From a virus (Duplodnaviria; Heunggongvirae; Uroviricota; Caudoviricetes): a stretch of 64,000 nt of DNA. The position numbers and the translations under genes are program-made. A model generated the notes under the pieces. That model did not search any database, had not been told where the DNA came from, and worked only from the letters and a program-made list of their open reading frames with translations. Position 1 is the first letter of the stretch. Every line of letters starts with the position of its first letter. The stretch lies in IMG/VR virus record IMGVR_UViG_3300048091_000424; one strand, 5' to 3'. Shown here piece by piece: positions 62,307 to 64,000 of the stretch.

Positions 62307-62336
62307 AAAAGCCCTGGCATGCCAGGGCTTTTTTAT
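62307..62336. terminator. Bidirectional rho-independent terminator
   Basis: AAAA-GCCCTGGC-at-GCCAGGGC-TTTTTT between convergent genes. Confidence 0.85.
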
Positions 62337-62345
62337 TGTGTGAAT

Positions 62346-63665
62346 TTACAACCCAAGGTCTTTGCTGAAGGCTTTGCCCAAATCCTTTGTTGCCAGATAC
62401 TTGGTGTAGTAGCTGGAGTCGTCAAACTCAGTTATAAGTTGTGCGCGCCCCTTCGCATTTAACGTTGACACGCAATACTCCCAATCAATCAAATCCTTTG
62501 CGATTGACAACACTCTTTTTACCGAATCAGATTGCATTTTATCACTACGCCCATTGAGCAAAGTAATAAAGACCTGGCCGATCAACTTTTTTTGCACAGC
62601 TGGATCAAGAGCCGACCCCCAAACTTTACCGATGAGATTAAACATCTCATTAGGGATTTGAGCTGCAGAGGCTTTTTGTGTTGGAACACCGAAACATTGC
62701 AGCGCTATTGAGCTTTTTTGACTGAGTGTTTCAATCAACTGCTCAGCGGAGGCATGGAGTGCCTCACTCATCACCTTACGGATTACCGGCACATGGTAGC
62801 CTTTCCGATCTTTCGGCAGGGCGTCATCATAATGGCCAAAGCGATTTCTGATGCGTGATGGTCTGTCATCAGGTTCATCACTAATGCTCTTGAACAACGC
62901 ATAGCGCTGCAGCCATGCCTTCACCTCTGGGGCGTCGTTACCTGGGTGCATTTTGAAGCCAAGATAATTAGGCTCTCCCTCGGCAGCGTTAATGGCCATT
63001 GGGAGGCGTTCCAGAAGGTTCAACTCAGCACCATAGCGACTGGCCTTCACAGTGTCTGGAGACAGCACCCCTTCCAACGCCTTGTAAATGATCTTCGCCT
63101 CTGCCGGCTCGAACAGTGCCGCCACGAGGTTAAATAACTTGCCCGTCCTGAACCCATTCTCGAGATGATCCGAGCGTACACCCCGGTTATCTTCATCCCC
63201 ATGAACCTCTAAATGACTACCGTATTCACGGATAAATTGTCTCAAGAAGAGGTGATCTGGATGGGGCGGTTGCCGCCAGACGCCATCCCTGTCCAGCCAA
63301 CTACTGGACTCGTAACAAAGACCAGTAAGGAGGAGCCAGAATTCATCCGCCTTTAGCGCTTCGAGAAAGAACCTGAAGTCATCTGCTGACAACAGATCTG
63401 GTCGTGAAAAAACTTCCAATTCGCGGGGTGCTTGCGCCATATTGTGGCGCTGTACCTGAAAACGAACTTCGTTACCTTGGCGCTCCTGAATGGCATACAC
63501 CAGAGGGCCAATCGGTTCGACAAATTCACCCGCCTTTTCCATGGCGTTTAATTTTTTACGAAACTCAATGAACGGCGGACTTTTGCGGGGCAACTCAGGC
63601 TGTTTTTGTTCCACGATCAGGGCTCCTAGGCTATTGATCCAGGTTAGCACTGCCGCAACGGTCAC
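62346..63665 (-). CDS. FxxDLGL-tail family protein (up to 439 aa)
   Basis: Ends DLGKAFSKDLGL; start uncertain (GTG 63614 after TAGGAG is an alternative). Confidence 0.7.
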   Translation of the reverse strand: MTVAAVLTWINSLGALIVEQKQPELPRKSPPFIEFRKKLNAMEKAGEFVEPIGPLVYAIQERQGNEVRFQVQRHNMAQAPRELEVFSRPDLLSADDFRFFLEALKADEFWLLLTGLCYESSSWLDRDGVWRQPPHPDHLFLRQFIREYGSHLEVHGDEDNRGVRSDHLENGFRTGKLFNLVAALFEPAEAKIIYKALEGVLSPDTVKASRYGAELNLLERLPMAINAAEGEPNYLGFKMHPGNDAPEVKAWLQRYALFKSISDEPDDRPSRIRNRFGHYDDALPKDRKGYHVPVIRKVMSEALHASAEQLIETLSQKSSIALQCFGVPTQKASAAQIPNEMFNLIGKVWGSALDPAVQKKLIGQVFITLLNGRSDKMQSDSVKRVLSIAKDLIDWEYCVSTLNAKGRAQLITEFDDSSYYTKYLATKDLGKAFSKDLGL

Positions 63666-63712
63666 CTCAAACGACCGGAAGCATCCCTCCCCGTTTTAAT
63701 CACCCCCTTGCC

Positions 63713-64000
63713 CTACGCGGTCGGGAAACGCGGCACGATGTTCAACGGACTATCCCAGGGGCTGCCGGTGCAGCGACCACGGTCATGCGGACGGTTGTAG
63801 CGCCAGGCGCCATCGCTAAACCGCGCACACTCATAACCTCGCAGCTTGTCCGAAAGCTCAGTACAGATAACCTCTTCACCGCCGAGCGTGATGCAACGAT
63901 CCCCCAGCTCAAAAGCCATGGAGCCCTTCATCCCATTCTCCGGTGTTACGCCGGCGATCTCCAACATTCCGAGCGGAGTGCTCATTTCCGACTGGTTCAT
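63713..64000 (-). CDS. Hypothetical protein (95 aa or longer; touches the window edge)
   Basis: ORF whose ATG lies exactly at the window end; may extend upstream. Confidence 0.4.
   Translation of the reverse strand: MNQSEMSTPLGMLEIAGVTPENGMKGSMAFELGDRCITLGGEEVICTELSDKLRGYECARFSDGAWRYNRPHDRGRCTGSPWDSPLNIVPRFPTA

Noticed and set aside
1-64000. Searched by eye for integrase, transposase or IS ends, att-like direct repeats, virion structural genes, terminase, replication initiator, partition and conjugation genes
   Set aside because: None could be supported from the translations. I therefore did not call a prophage, an IS or a specific replicon type. The AT-rich islands have no detectable flanking direct repeats.

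Overview
This is a gene-dense 64-kb accessory-type segment of a large mobile replicon with Pseudomonas-like sequence character. It could be a jumbo phage or a megaplasmid. I recognise no structural, replication, integration or transfer genes here, so I cannot decide which. About 75 credible CDS are present and most are ORFans. Recognisable functions include host-like housekeeping paralogues (dcd, folA, pgpA, CCA-adding enzyme), a secreted NucA-type nuclease, an M15 peptidase and a sigma-70 family factor. Also present are an RNA ligase with an HNH-like N-terminus, a PTH2-type peptidyl-tRNA hydrolase, two ATP-grasp proteins and an SPFH protein. A J-domain protein, a lambda-type phosphatase, a GT-B-like glycosyltransferase, a TerD-TerD-TerC/DUF475 cluster and a frameshifted FAD monooxygenase complete the list. 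Eleven tRNA genes lie in two clusters. Three signals stand out. (1) Fourteen otherwise dissimilar proteins end in the same C-terminal peptide F-x-x-[D/E]-L-G-[L/M]-COOH, and five of them form a tandem array. (2) Two tandem Asp/Glu/Arg-rich micro-ORFs, each followed by hairpins and an intrinsic terminator, sit directly upstream of a tRNA cluster that encodes only tRNA-Glu/Asp/Arg. This looks like leader-peptide attenuation of a tRNA operon. (3) A visibly AT-rich island carries an 807-aa P-loop NTPase behind palindromic operators. Several tRNAs also have non-canonical anticodon loops. All coordinates for tRNAs, hairpins and motifs were indexed by hand and may be off by 1-2 nt. No database search or folding calculation was possible.
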